A program made the position numbers and the translations under genes. A stretch of DNA of 55,758 bases from Hormoscilla sp. (lineage in GTDB: Bacteria; Cyanobacteriota; Cyanobacteriia; Cyanobacteriales; Desertifilaceae). This document shows, piece after piece, positions 7,711 through 18,549 of the stretch (positions within the stretch are counted from its first letter, which is position 1; each line of letters begins with the position of its first letter). The stretch lies in the NCBI GenBank assembly GCA_051439505.1, contig JBFRWI010000198.1:1-55758 (forward strand). Reading direction: 5' to 3'. The notes under the pieces are model-generated. The model was given only the letters and a program-made list of their open reading frames with translations, was not told where the DNA came from and did no database searches.

Positions 7711-10700
7711 CTACTTTTCGAGGCAAGCATCTAACTGCTTTGCCAAAACTCCGACATCGGGTTCGCGCAAAATCTCATAATGGTTTCCAGGAATGGTATA
7801 AGTTTCCAGCGTCCCCGCAGCTAGAGAACTCCAACCACGATCTGCGGCTTCGTTGCGAGCACAAAATAAAACTGTCCGACCCGAATATGGTTGAGGTCGA
7901 TAGTCGTACATCGCTTTCAGGTTAGCTTTGAAAACCTCGAACAACCGACCCATCTGTTCGATACCGATATCTGGCGGCAAGATATTTAGACGTTTGGCTT
8001 CAGCGAGAACGCGATCTAATCGTTCCTCCGGTTGGAGTTGCTGGAGTTCCTGGGCTGAAATTGATAACTCTTTGCCAAATATCCCGCCGAGATCGGTTAC
8101 TAGAGAATTAGTCCCAAAAGCCTCATCGATTTGTTCAGAAGAAGTGGTTGGTGCATAACTATCGATTAAAGCCAGCAGCGCTACTTCCTGCCCCGATGCT
8201 TGCAACTGCTGTGCCATTTCCCAAGCAACGACACCACCTAATGACCAACCCCCCAGATAATACGGTCCTTGGGGTTGAACCCCTTGCAAGGCTTCAATAT
8301 AGCATGTTGCCATCTCCTCGATCCGAGTTAAAGGCACCGAGTCTCCATATAAACCAGGCGACTGCAAACCGTAAAATGGTCGATCGCTTCCGAGATGACG
8401 GGCTAAGGCAGCGTAGCACAGAACGTTCCCTCCCACTGGATGCACGCACCAAAAAGGCGGCAAATCACCTGCCTTCTGAATTGGGACTAAGGGGGAAAAA
8501 GGTTGCCCATCGGTGGCAGTATTCAATAAACTGGCTTGGCGTTCGATGGTAGGTTCGGTAAACAGAGTTGCCAAGGGCAGCCGAGTTCCCAACTGTTGTT
8601 CTATACGAGCCATCAACCTTGTGGCTAATAGGGAATGACCGCCCAAATCAAAGAAGTTGTCTCCCACTCCCACCCCAGGAATATTGAGAACTTCCGACCA
8701 GATTTGTACCAGTTGCAGTTCTGTGGTGGTGCGGGGGGCTGTTGCTTCTGCTTCCCGAGTAGAAGCATCCGGTGCGGGGAGGGCGCGGCGATCGCACTTT
8801 CCGTTGGGAGTTAGAGGTATTGCGTCTAAAAAGACGAAAGCACTCGGTACCATGTAGTCGGGTAGCTTGGTTTTCACGAAACCGCGCAGATCGGAGGATG
8901 TCACTTCTTCTGTAGTAACGATATAGGCTACGAGGCGCTTATCCCCGGGGGTGTCTTCTCGTACAATAACGACTGCTTCTCGTAGATCTGGGTTTTGAGT
9001 TAAGGTAGCTTCAATTTCTCCGAGTTCGATGCGGAAGCCTCGAATTTTCACCTGGTTGTCGATGCGTCCGATAAATTCAATGTTGCCATCTCGGAGGTAG
9101 CGTGCCTTATCCCCGGTTTTGTAAAGGCGATCGCCCGGTTCGTCGCTAAAGGGGTTGTCGATAAATTTTTGCTCGGTTAATTCCGGGCGGTTGAGATAAC
9201 CTCGGGCTAACCCTGCGCCGCCGATATGCAGTTCGCCGGGTACGCCGATGGGGACGGGTTGGAGATGCTTGTCCAGAATATAGATTTGGGTGTTGGAAAT
9301 GGGACGACCGATCGACACTGACACATCTTCGTTGCTCTCTATCGACTCCGAAGCACTTACCGGGCAAGCCGTTGACCAAACTGTAGCTTCCGTAGGACCA
9401 TATAGATTCCAGAGGGAAGAGCCTTTTCCTAGCAGGTTAGCGGCGAGTTGCCCGGATAAGGCTTCGCCACCACAGATAATTTTCAACTGCGGGCTACCTT
9501 GCCAACCTCCGGCCAGCAGCATCTGCCAGGTTGCCGGGGTAGCTTGCATGGCGGTCGCACCAGAATGCTCTAATTTTGATAACAGCCGTTTGCCATCAGC
9601 AGCTTCCTCTCGACTGGCTAAGACAATTTTTGCTCCCACTATCAAGGGTAAGTAAATCTCTAGGGCCGCAATATCAAAACTGATGGTCGTGACGGCTAAG
9701 ATAACGTCAGCATCCGTTAACCCTGGCGCTATTGCCATCGAACAGAGAAAGTTGACTAGAGATTGATGGCAAATTTGCACTCCTTTGGGTTTTCCTGTAG
9801 AGCCGGAGGTGTAAATGACATAAACTAAGTTGTCAGGTTCTGCTAGAACCAGGGGATTGCCAGTGCTGTGGGTAGAGATCGATTCCCAGTCACTATCTAA
9901 ACATACGACGCGATCGGGTAAGGACGGCAATCGGACGGCCAATTCCTTCGTGGTTACTAATGCCGCTGCTTGGGAGTCAGAAAGTATGTATCCTAAGCGA
10001 TCGCTCGGATAATCTGGGTCTAATGGCAGGTATGCTCCACCGGCTAAGAGGATGCCCAACAGTCCTACGATCATCTCAATAGAGCGATGGACGCAAATAC
10101 CGACCAGCACCTCTGGCCCCACTCCCAAGCTTTGCAGGTAATGGGCCAATTGATTCGCGCGATCGTTTAGATCCCGATAGGTCAGTTGTTCCTTATCAAA
10201 AACCACTGCCACCGCATCCGGACTGCGTTCCACTTGCTCTGCAAATAACTGATGAATGCACTGGGTCTGAGGATATTCCGCTTGGGTATCGTTCAACTCT
10301 ACTAACAACCGATCGCGTTCCGATCGCGTCAGCAAGGGTAGTTCGCCAACTCGCCCTTGGGGGTTGGCGACGATCGCTTCCAGCAAGGTTTGGAAATGGC
10401 CAAGCATCCGCCGGATAGTTCCTGCTTCAAACAAATCGCGATTGTATTCCCAAAATCCACTCAACCCTGCTTCCGTTTCCTCCATCGACAGGAAAAAATC
10501 AAATTTAGCTATCTCGCTTTCGAGGGGCAGCCAATTAAACTTCACGTCTGGTAACTCCAGAGGTGCCATCGGTGCGTTTTGTAGGGCAAACAGTCCCTGA
10601 AAAATCGGCGAGTGACTCAGACTGCGTTCCGGTTGCAATGCCTCCACCAACTGCTCGAAGGGCAAATCTTGATGGGCGTAAGCATCCAAAGCGGTCTGCC

Positions 10701-13700
10701 GAGCTTGTTCCAACAATTCCGAGAATTTATGATTCCCTTCCAAGGGCGATCGCAGGACCAGAGTATTGACAAAGAAGCCGATCTGAGACTCCATTTCACT
10801 GCGGTTGCGGTTGGCAATAGGCGTTCCCACTACAATATCCTCTTGACCGCTATAGCGATAAAGTAAGGTGCTAAAGGCGGCAAATAGGGTCATAAACAGC
10901 GTGACTCCCGAATCTTGACTGAGGCGCTTTAGCCGTTCTGTGAGTTCGACCCCAAGTCCAAAAAACTCTTTGCCACCTCGGGATGTTTGTATCTTTGGAC
11001 GGGGATAGTCCGTCGGCAGTTCTAATAGGGGTGGCACTCCTGCTAACTGTTGCTTCCAGTAATCCAGTTGTGAGGCTAGGGTTTGGGGAGTTAACCATTG
11101 CCGTTGCCAGGAAGCAAAGTCTGCATATTGGATCGGCAGTGGCGGTAAAGGTGACGGTTTCCCCAGCACATAAGCCCGATAGAGTGCTTCCAACTCGTGG
11201 TAAAAGACCCCCATCGACCAGCCATCGGTAACGATGTGGTGCATCGTCAGCAACAGCACGCAATCATCTGCTGCCAACTGCAATAGGGTAACTCGCACTA
11301 AGGGATCTGTGGCTAGGTCAAAAGGTTCTCGAACTTCTTCTAAACCCAAGCGCTGCACTTCTTTGAGTTTTCGGCCTGTTGGCAAATGCTGTAAGTCAAC
11401 AACGGGGATTTTTAGAGTGAGTTCTGGGTGAATTACTCCCAGGGGAGAACCATCTACCGCCTGATAATTGGTCCGCAAGCTTTCGTGACGGCGGACGATT
11501 TCTTGCACCGCCCTCTGCAAGACTTCTACTTGCAGCTCACCCGATAGGCGCACCCCTTCAAGCTCGTTATAGGTTAAACTGCCCTCCTGCAATTGGTCTA
11601 GGAACCAGAGTCGTTGCTCGGCAAAAGACAGGGCCCGGTCTCCATCTCGCCCAATAGCTTCTATGGGGGGCAGTTGCTGAGAGACGCGATCGCCACTGAC
11701 CCTCAATATCTCCTGGCTAAATTCTGCCACCGTAGGGGATTCAAATAACCGATGCAGGGACAGTTCGATTTTGAACGTATCGCGCACTCGCGACATCAGT
11801 TTAGTCGCATCTATCGAGTCCCCTCCCAAGAGAAAGAAGTTGTCTAATACCCCAACCTCTTCCGATCCCAATACTTCAGTCCAAATACTGAGGAGAATTT
11901 CTTCTGTGGGGGTTCGCGGTGCCACCAGTTCTACATCCAGAAGCATGCGAGATGTTTTATCTGGTGCCGGTAGGGCCCGTCGATCTACTTTGCCGTTTGC
12001 GGTCAGGGGCAGTGCCTCCAAAACGACAAATGCTGAGGGCATCATATAGTTCGGTAGTTTTTTCTGGAGGAACCTGCGCAACTGAGGCACTAATCGATCG
12101 CCTTTTCCGGTATAGGGCTGATTTGCATAAGCACTCCAAGGTTTGATACCGTTTTCTTGACTCCCAAGGGTCGCGCGATCGACAATGATGTTGGCGTCAT
12201 GCCGGACAAATACCACATCATAGTAACCGTCCGCACCGTCTCCCAACCAGGTCGTCCGCACCTCATAAGGAATCTCTGATTCCAGATCGTACCAGTCTTG
12301 GGGTTCTATGCCCCCTTGGGAAATGCTAGCCCGTAGTTCCTCCACGGTTTGAGGACAGTCGGGACTTGCTAACCGTTCTATTGCTTTTATATCTGCCCAA
12401 ATTTTGCCATTGGGAATGCCAGTAACGACGAGCATTTCTGGTGAGGTTTCTCGCAGTTGCTTTTGCACGTCAGCGATGCTCAGACTATCGGGTTGCCATT
12501 TCAGATATAACGGATCTGTTGCGTTCGTGGCTGCTTTCTTGCCGATATGAAGAACCACATCATAACGAAAACGAGTCAGTTCGTTTTGGTAGCGCCCGGG
12601 TTTCAGTTGCATTTCTACATGACTGATTTGGGGGAAATGCTGCTTCAGTGCCAGGAAGAACTGAGGATCGATATTGATTTTCTTGTCTTTGGTAATGCGT
12701 TCTTTGATGCGGTGTCGCAGTTCCACCGTAGAGAGATCCTTGGGCGCTTGGTACAACTCCACCGAAGTATGGAATGCTTCCAGTAAGGGCAAACTCAGGG
12801 AATCACCTATCCAGATCGCGCCTCCAGGTTCCACCCGCTTCACCAAATTTTCTAACACCCGCACCAGGTAATCCATGCTGGGAAACATGGAGATAACTGA
12901 GTTGATGATTATGGTATCAAAGGTACCATCTATCCCTTCTAAGTTGTCTGCTGGGGTTGGGCGAAGGGCCACCACAGACTCTAAACTGCTGCCCCTCACC
13001 TGTTCCTCGATATAACGGACTCCCTCTGCGGCAATGTCCGTACCATAGTAATGCTGACAGTAGGGCGCGATGCGAAATAACATCATCCCCGACCCACAAC
13101 CGATTTCCAGCACTCGTTTTGGCTGCAAAGCCAGAATGCGTTTTACCGTCTCTTCCACCCACTCCTGTACTTGGATTGCCGGGATAGTCTTGCCCGTATA
13201 GCTGTCGTTCCAGCCGCCAATGTGGAGGGCCGCATCCCATTCCTGGGCTGGCTTTTTGTAGGATTCATCCCATAGCTTACCCCATTTTTGAACGTGATCC
13301 TCCTCGTTGGTTTCTTCCGACCTTGATTTGTCAGGCACTACATAAGCTACCAAGCGCTTGTTTTTCCCGAGTTCTTCCCGGGCGATCGCCACCGCTTGTC
13401 CCACTTCTGGGTGTTGACCGATCGCGGATTCAATTTCTCCGAGTTCGATGCGGAAGCCCCGCACCTTCACCTGATTATCGATGCGACCGATAAATTCAAT
13501 CTTTCCATCTGGCAAGTAGCGAGCCAAGTCCCCTGTTTTGTAAAGGCGATCGCCCGATTTCTGGGAAAATGGGTTGGGAATAAATTTTTCCTTGGTGAGT
13601 TCCGGTCGGTTGAGATAACCTCGCGCTAAACCCGCCCCACCGATATGGAGTTCCCCTGTAGATCCGATCTCGACTGGTTGGAGATGGTCGTCAAGGAGAT

Positions 13701-14742
13701 ATACTTGGGTGTTACTGATGGGACGACCGATCGGGATCGACTGTACCGAATCCTTAAGAGGAGGAATTGGATAGCAACAAGTAAAAGTCGTGCCTTCTGT
13801 CGGTCCATATCCATTGATAATTTGCACCGATGGCAATGCTGACTGAGCTTTGAGAATGTGGCTAACGGAAAGGGCTTCACCTCCCACGAGTAGTTGTCGG
13901 ATGCCCGACAATGCCAATGGGCGATCGTCAATTATGGAATTGAATAATGCTGCTGTGAGCCATAAAGTTGTAATCCCATGTTTTTGGATTGCATCGCTCA
14001 AATCTTTGCTTGTCGGAACTTTTGCCGGTAAAAGAACGCACTGGGCACCATGTAATAAAGCACCCCATATCTCAAAAGTGGAAGCATCAAAGGAAATTGG
14101 AGCCGCATTCAATAATTTTTCTGACGCGCTCAGACTAACGTAGTTGACTCCAAATAACAGGCGGACAACGCCTCGGTGGATAACTGCGACTCCTTTCGGT
14201 TGGCCTGTCGAGCCGGAAGTGTAGTTAATGTATGCTAAGTTATCTGGAGTGACATCTGCAAATATTTTTTCGGAATTGGACGCTGCGATCGTCCCCCAAT
14301 CCCTATCCAAACAAACTACCTTTGCCGCACTTGCAGGCAGTTTCTCTAAATATTTCTCCTGGGTCAACAGCACCGGGACAGCCGCATCTTCAAGCATGAA
14401 GGCCAGACGCTCTATCGGATAGGCTGGGTCTAAGGGTACATAAGCACCACCCGCTTTGAGAATACCCAGAAGAGCAACAACCATTTCCAAGGAACGCTCG
14501 ACGCAAAGGCCCACTAGCACCTCTGGTCCTACTCCCAACCCTTGCAAGTAGTGGGCCAGTTGATTTGCCCGGGAGTTCAACTCGCGGTAGGTCAGGTGTT
14601 GGTCTGAAAACACCACCGCCACTGCATCGGGCGTCCGTTCTACTTGCTCTTCAAACAACTGGTGTATGCACGAATGCGGATACTCTGCGGTAGTATCGTT
14701 CCAGGATTTCAATATGCGATCGCGTTCTTTTTCTGTCAACAT
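7711..14742 (-). CDS. Two-module NRPS: A(Val, embedded N-methyltransferase)-PCP-C-A(Gly)-PCP-TE
   Basis: A cores YTSGSTGxPKG twice; MT VLEIGCGSG between A8 and A9; PCP GGDS and GGHS; C HHIVTDGWS; TE GWSLGG. Hand-read specificity codes are DAFWLGGTF(K) and DILQIGLVW(K). Confidence 0.95.
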   Translation of the reverse strand: MLTEKERDRILKSWNDTTAEYPHSCIHQLFEEQVERTPDAVAVVFSDQHLTYRELNSRANQLAHYLQGLGVGPEVLVGLCVERSLEMVVALLGILKAGGAYVPLDPAYPIERLAFMLEDAAVPVLLTQEKYLEKLPASAAKVVCLDRDWGTIAASNSEKIFADVTPDNLAYINYTSGSTGQPKGVAVIHRGVVRLLFGVNYVSLSASEKLLNAAPISFDASTFEIWGALLHGAQCVLLPAKVPTSKDLSDAIQKHGITTLWLTAALFNSIIDDRPLALSGIRQLLVGGEALSVSHILKAQSALPSVQIINGYGPTEGTTFTCCYPIPPLKDSVQSIPIGRPISNTQVYLLDDHLQPVEIGSTGELHIGGAGLARGYLNRPELTKEKFIPNPFSQKSGDRLYKTGDLARYLPDGKIEFIGRIDNQVKVRGFRIELGEIESAIGQHPEVGQAVAIAREELGKNKRLVAYVVPDKSRSEETNEEDHVQKWGKLWDESYKKPAQEWDAALHIGGWNDSYTGKTIPAIQVQEWVEETVKRILALQPKRVLEIGCGSGMMLFRIAPYCQHYYGTDIAAEGVRYIEEQVRGSSLESVVALRPTPADNLEGIDGTFDTIIINSVISMFPSMDYLVRVLENLVKRVEPGGAIWIGDSLSLPLLEAFHTSVELYQAPKDLSTVELRHRIKERITKDKKINIDPQFFLALKQHFPQISHVEMQLKPGRYQNELTRFRYDVVLHIGKKAATNATDPLYLKWQPDSLSIADVQKQLRETSPEMLVVTGIPNGKIWADIKAIERLASPDCPQTVEELRASISQGGIEPQDWYDLESEIPYEVRTTWLGDGADGYYDVVFVRHDANIIVDRATLGSQENGIKPWSAYANQPYTGKGDRLVPQLRRFLQKKLPNYMMPSAFVVLEALPLTANGKVDRRALPAPDKTSRMLLDVELVAPRTPTEEILLSIWTEVLGSEEVGVLDNFFLLGGDSIDATKLMSRVRDTFKIELSLHRLFESPTVAEFSQEILRVSGDRVSQQLPPIEAIGRDGDRALSFAEQRLWFLDQLQEGSLTYNELEGVRLSGELQVEVLQRAVQEIVRRHESLRTNYQAVDGSPLGVIHPELTLKIPVVDLQHLPTGRKLKEVQRLGLEEVREPFDLATDPLVRVTLLQLAADDCVLLLTMHHIVTDGWSMGVFYHELEALYRAYVLGKPSPLPPLPIQYADFASWQRQWLTPQTLASQLDYWKQQLAGVPPLLELPTDYPRPKIQTSRGGKEFFGLGVELTERLKRLSQDSGVTLFMTLFAAFSTLLYRYSGQEDIVVGTPIANRNRSEMESQIGFFVNTLVLRSPLEGNHKFSELLEQARQTALDAYAHQDLPFEQLVEALQPERSLSHSPIFQGLFALQNAPMAPLELPDVKFNWLPLESEIAKFDFFLSMEETEAGLSGFWEYNRDLFEAGTIRRMLGHFQTLLEAIVANPQGRVGELPLLTRSERDRLLVELNDTQAEYPQTQCIHQLFAEQVERSPDAVAVVFDKEQLTYRDLNDRANQLAHYLQSLGVGPEVLVGICVHRSIEMIVGLLGILLAGGAYLPLDPDYPSDRLGYILSDSQAAALVTTKELAVRLPSLPDRVVCLDSDWESISTHSTGNPLVLAEPDNLVYVIYTSGSTGKPKGVQICHQSLVNFLCSMAIAPGLTDADVILAVTTISFDIAALEIYLPLIVGAKIVLASREEAADGKRLLSKLEHSGATAMQATPATWQMLLAGGWQGSPQLKIICGGEALSGQLAANLLGKGSSLWNLYGPTEATVWSTACPVSASESIESNEDVSVSIGRPISNTQIYILDKHLQPVPIGVPGELHIGGAGLARGYLNRPELTEQKFIDNPFSDEPGDRLYKTGDKARYLRDGNIEFIGRIDNQVKIRGFRIELGEIEATLTQNPDLREAVVIVREDTPGDKRLVAYIVTTEEVTSSDLRGFVKTKLPDYMVPSAFVFLDAIPLTPNGKCDRRALPAPDASTREAEATAPRTTTELQLVQIWSEVLNIPGVGVGDNFFDLGGHSLLATRLMARIEQQLGTRLPLATLFTEPTIERQASLLNTATDGQPFSPLVPIQKAGDLPPFWCVHPVGGNVLCYAALARHLGSDRPFYGLQSPGLYGDSVPLTRIEEMATCYIEALQGVQPQGPYYLGGWSLGGVVAWEMAQQLQASGQEVALLALIDSYAPTTSSEQIDEAFGTNSLVTDLGGIFGKELSISAQELQQLQPEERLDRVLAEAKRLNILPPDIGIEQMGRLFEVFKANLKAMYDYRPQPYSGRTVLFCARNEAADRGWSSLAAGTLETYTIPGNHYEILREPDVGVLAKQLDACLEK

Positions 14743-14776
14743 CTGTACTTTTTATTTTTTTTCGCAATGGCCGCAA

Positions 14777-14896
14777 CTACTTTCGTTGCAGGCACTTTCC
14801 CACTATAACGGGCGATCTAGCTTTTGTCAACCCTGCTGTTTTATTTTTGTTGAAAATCTTCACATAGTCTAAAATTATTACTTTCGGCTTATTCAT
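14777..14896 (-). pseudogene. Probable stub of the ATPase partner gene (MNKPKVIIL...)
   Basis: ATG overlaps the 3' end of the ATPase. A beta-strand-like start is followed by sequence that contains the NRPS promoter. Only 39 aa. Confidence 0.45.
14802..14830 (-). promoter_or_regulatory. Sigma70-type promoter for the NRPS
   Basis: TTGACA (14830-14825), 17-nt spacer, TATAGT (14807-14802), about 60 nt upstream of the NRPS ATG. Confidence 0.7.
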
Positions 14897-15998
14897 GGAT
14901 CCACCCCCGCGCCACCAACTCGGAAATGGGCAGTCCCGTATCGTTATCCTTGCTGATGCGTTTAACCCGAACGGGACTGTTTTGCTGGCGATCGAACCAA
15001 TAGCCCACGGGCGATGCCAAAAGATAGTCAATCAATATAGGATGATGAGAAATCAGCAAAGCTTGGGTTTTTCCTTCGCTACAGAAGTCATAAAGTTGCA
15101 TCAACCAAGGTTGGATCTCTGGTAAAGCCAAAAAGTTTTCTGGTTCGTCAATGCACAGGGTATAATCCTCAGACTGGGTGCAGTAAATTAACGTGTAGAG
15201 AGCGATCAGTACCCGCTGACCATCAGAAAGTTTTCCAAATCGATATGCAATGTAATTTTGCCGATCGCCTGCTCTAGAAAAATACAACTTGAGAATCTTG
15301 TTTGGTAGACCGGCATCAGCAAATTCAAAATAGGAGAATCCATCGAAAATCTCTTTTAACTCATGGGTGAGTTGAATAATTTTGCCCTGATTCTGAGACA
15401 GATAGCGATACCAAGAAACGAAGTTTTCCATACTTACCGATAAATGCGTTTCTTCTCCTTCGCTATTATCGACCATCAGAGTCGGGTTAATTTGTACAAT
15501 GATGAAACGATCTATTCTTTCTTTGAACCCATTCAGTTTAATCGTCTCCTTTGTAGAATTTAGTAATGGCAGCACTGACTGAACCCCGTTCAAGGAAAAC
15601 TGCTGAAGTATATTGCTATTTTCATGGTACAATGTCACCTCTCCAGATTCAAACTTGAGCAAAGGTTGCTTGTCAAACCACAAGCGTTCCTGTTGGACAA
15701 AAGCAGAGTTTTTTTTCAGATGTTCGATAAAAAGCTCATATTTGTAAATGCCCTCATTTACGGCAATTTCTAACTCGAAGCTTTGGATAGGAGATGTCTG
15801 CCAGCAGGTACAATCATCGGCATTAAAAATAGCATTAACCTTGCCCTCACCACTTACAAATGATTGGATTTTTCGCAGCACATCGAAAAGGGCAGATTTC
15901 CCAGTCCCATTAGGTCCGAGAAACAAATTAATCCCGTCAACAGATAGTTCAAAATTGACAAGACATCGGAAATTATCGATATAGATTCGTTTCAGCAT
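14889..15998 (-). CDS. AAA_21-family ABC-type ATPase
   Basis: IDNFRCL, GPNGTGKS, LSDGQR, IDEPENFL, ISHHP. Confidence 0.9.
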   Translation of the reverse strand: MLKRIYIDNFRCLVNFELSVDGINLFLGPNGTGKSALFDVLRKIQSFVSGEGKVNAIFNADDCTCWQTSPIQSFELEIAVNEGIYKYELFIEHLKKNSAFVQQERLWFDKQPLLKFESGEVTLYHENSNILQQFSLNGVQSVLPLLNSTKETIKLNGFKERIDRFIIVQINPTLMVDNSEGEETHLSVSMENFVSWYRYLSQNQGKIIQLTHELKEIFDGFSYFEFADAGLPNKILKLYFSRAGDRQNYIAYRFGKLSDGQRVLIALYTLIYCTQSEDYTLCIDEPENFLALPEIQPWLMQLYDFCSEGKTQALLISHHPILIDYLLASPVGYWFDRQQNSPVRVKRISKDNDTGLPISELVARGWIHE

Positions 15999-16054
15999 TC
16001 TTTTTCTCCGGTGGGCGGTGCCTTTTTCTCCGGTGGGCGGTGCCCACCCTACTT

Positions 16055-16795
16055 TTACTTACCTGATAGGATACTATGCAGGTTAACGATATTACCAATC
16101 ACCGCGATCGCGGGGGCAGTAAATCCCGTTGATTCCACTTGCGCCACCACATTCTCCAGAGTAGTAATTAACTCTTCTCGATCGGGTCTGGTCCCCCAGC
16201 GCACTAAGGCGATCGGGGTTTGTCCACTCAACCCAGCAGCCATCAGTTTAGCAACAATTTGGGGCAAATTGTGAATTCCCATGTAGATGACAATGGTTTC
16301 CGAACCCTGGGCGATCGCCTGCCAATTCACTTCCGGTCGATACTTGCCTGCCGCCTCGTGACCCGTAACAAAAGTTACTGAAGAACTATAATGGCGATGG
16401 GTCAGAGGAATGCCCGCATAGGCAGGGGCCGCAATGCCAGAAGTCACTCCCGGCACCACTTCCACGGGCACCCCAGCAGCAATTAAATCTTCCATCTCCT
16501 CCCCGCCCCGCCCAAACACGAAGGGATCGCCTCCTTTCAGGCGCACCACTACGCTGTGATTCTGTGCTTTGGCAATTAATAGCTGATTCGTCTGAGACTG
16601 TAATAAAGAATGTCGTCCCCGACGCTTACCCCCATGAATTTTTTCCGCCGAGGGATTGATCATTTCCAAGATCGGGTCGCTAACCAAGGCATCATAGATT
16701 ACCACATCCGCACATTGCAGCAGTCCCTTCCCCTTCAGAGTCATTAATCCCGGATCCCCGGGCCCAGCGCCCACCAAATATACCTTACCCACCAT
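16055..16795 (-). CDS. cobA: Uroporphyrinogen-III C-methyltransferase
   Basis: [35 protein letters not shown]. True start at 16795 overlaps the upstream stop (TAATG). Confidence 0.95.
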   Translation of the reverse strand: MVGKVYLVGAGPGDPGLMTLKGKGLLQCADVVIYDALVSDPILEMINPSAEKIHGGKRRGRHSLLQSQTNQLLIAKAQNHSVVVRLKGGDPFVFGRGGEEMEDLIAAGVPVEVVPGVTSGIAAPAYAGIPLTHRHYSSSVTFVTGHEAAGKYRPEVNWQAIAQGSETIVIYMGIHNLPQIVAKLMAAGLSGQTPIALVRWGTRPDREELITTLENVVAQVESTGFTAPAIAVIGNIVNLHSILSGK

Positions 16796-17499
16796 TAAAT
16801 TAGCTCCCAAATCAAATCTGCTAATTCTACACTCGCCTCTATCGGTTTGCCCAGCTTTAGTTCCACTCTCGGAAACTTTATTTGTAGTTCTCTCACCCGC
16901 CTGGCGATCGCCTCTGTAATTCCTCCAGCAAACAAAAAGTAAGGCAAAATCCCAATTGATGCTGTCCCAGTTGCGGCTAATTCTGCTATGCTCGATTCTA
17001 GAGTGGGTTCCACCGACCAGTAAGCAGCCATTGCCGACAGGTTCCTGGCCATCTCCTCTACTGGTTGATTGCCACCCACCCGGCGAGTACCATGAGACAT
17101 CAAAATCCAGGCATCTGCCAGTAGTTCCTGCTGCTGGGTTGCTAGCAACTGTTCCAGTCCACCATGACTTCCCAAGTAGGGGCGGATCTCGATCGCCATT
17201 GAGTTCCCCAAAGCTTCCCGGGCCAGTGCCACTTCTGCCGGAATATCTGCCATCACGTGAACTCCCGGTAACAGAAACAACGGCAACAGCTTTAAATGCT
17301 GGCATCCCACCGCGATCGCGCTGTGACTAAATTGACAAATTTGGGCGTGCAAAGGCAGGGGTGCCAGTTCCAAGGTCGCCGTACCCACCTCTGTACCCAG
17401 CTTCTGAGATAGTAGCTGACCTAGTTTTGCCACAGCCAGCCCGGGACGTCGATCGCGACTCCCGTGAGATACTAATAGATAAGCCGATCTAACTTTCAA
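16795..17499 (-). CDS. Sirohydrochlorin chelatase (CbiX/SirB)
   Basis: LVSHGSRD, PLFLLPGVHV..DIP, duplicated SHGTR half-domain. Confidence 0.9.
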   Translation of the reverse strand: MKVRSAYLLVSHGSRDRRPGLAVAKLGQLLSQKLGTEVGTATLELAPLPLHAQICQFSHSAIAVGCQHLKLLPLFLLPGVHVMADIPAEVALAREALGNSMAIEIRPYLGSHGGLEQLLATQQQELLADAWILMSHGTRRVGGNQPVEEMARNLSAMAAYWSVEPTLESSIAELAATGTASIGILPYFLFAGGITEAIARRVRELQIKFPRVELKLGKPIEASVELADLIWELI

Positions 17500-17676
17500 T
17501 TCCCATTATTTTAAACTTTTATTTATCTTACCCATCTTTATTAAAATTTCTGCTTGCCCAATTATATATTTTCCATATTACCTATGCATAAATTCATTCC
17601 TTTAGGATTATGAAGCCCGCGCAGGCGGGCTTCGTTCCTGTAGCCCCACCCTTTAGGGTGGGGGTGCTGATGGGTC

Positions 17677-18243
17677 TTAGTTTTTACCGTTAGCAGCTTG
17701 GACAAAAGCCAAAGTGAGGCTATCGGAGGCCAGGAAGTGATCCAGATGAAATGCCCGATCTTCGGTTTCCACCAGGATTTCTTCATACAGGTGACGAGTC
17801 GCCCGATCGCCCATACTTTCGGCCTGAGATGCCATGCGGCGAATCATTTGGATAATCGCTTGTTCTGCTTGCAGGTCATGTTCCACCATTCCCCGGCAAC
17901 TATAGATGCCATCTGCTTCCGGTTCAAAGCAACATAATTCTGCTAACTTACTAAAGCTTGCTGCGGGAACGCCCCCCAGTCCATTCAAGCGTTCTGCGAG
18001 ATCGTGGACATGTCCCTGCACTTCTTCATAGCTTTCATTAAAGAACTGGTGTAGGGAGTAGAATTCGGCACCGTCCACTACAAAATGATGCTTTTGATAT
18101 TGCAGGTAAAGCGCTTGCAAACTCGACAGGGCTACGTTTAATCCTTCACAGACGGGCACTGTCACTGATTTATCCAGTGACACAGGATTGTCACCCACTT
18201 GATCGAAAGCGCGGATTGGGGCTTGGGTTTGAGTTGCTGGCAT
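17677..18243 (-). CDS. dps: Dps family DNA-protection/ferritin-like protein
   Basis: QKHHFVV.G.EFYSLH.FF, HDLAERL..LGG.P. GAGGAG SD before ATG 18243. Confidence 0.92.
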   Translation of the reverse strand: MPATQTQAPIRAFDQVGDNPVSLDKSVTVPVCEGLNVALSSLQALYLQYQKHHFVVDGAEFYSLHQFFNESYEEVQGHVHDLAERLNGLGGVPAASFSKLAELCCFEPEADGIYSCRGMVEHDLQAEQAIIQMIRRMASQAESMGDRATRHLYEEILVETEDRAFHLDHFLASDSLTLAFVQAANGKN

Positions 18244-18305
18244 GGTGTTCTCCTCTTTTGCTGTCGGACCGACCCCTTTTGCGGGTCTCAATCCCTTGTT
18301 TCTTC

Positions 18306-18334
18306 AACTTAATACTTTCTTTTCCATACGTCAA
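18306..18334 (-). promoter_or_regulatory. Putative sigma70 promoter of dps
   Basis: TTGACG, 17-nt spacer, TAAGTT. Confidence 0.45.
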
Positions 18335-18549
18335 CCCTATTTTTTTGTAAGCTGGGAATTAATGGCAATAATACTTCAACCTGATTCTTCTTTAGGTAGG
18401 AATTGATAGCAATAAACTGCAAAACTTTTCCCCAGGCAGGCGATCGGCCATGAAATATCGCGCTTCTGATGCCCCGTTTATCGGAACAACTGAAATTAAT
18501 TCCTAGAATAAAAAATATTTAATATAGGAATATATACTCATGTATGGCC

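Noticed and set aside
6068..8240. Diversity-generating retroelement template/variable repeat pair for the duplicated TE
   Set aside because: Differences are not confined to adenines, the copy is long, and there is no reverse transcriptase in the window.
7740..14872. Numerous 60-135 aa ORFs antisense or out of frame within the NRPS, cox, suf and WD40 genes
   Set aside because: They are shadow ORFs of long coding regions, with no motifs or SD support.
16796..17305. N-terminal extension of the 416-aa ORF suggesting a fused CobA
   Set aside because: It is an alternative frame overlapping cbiX/sirB; CobA homology begins at ATG 16795.
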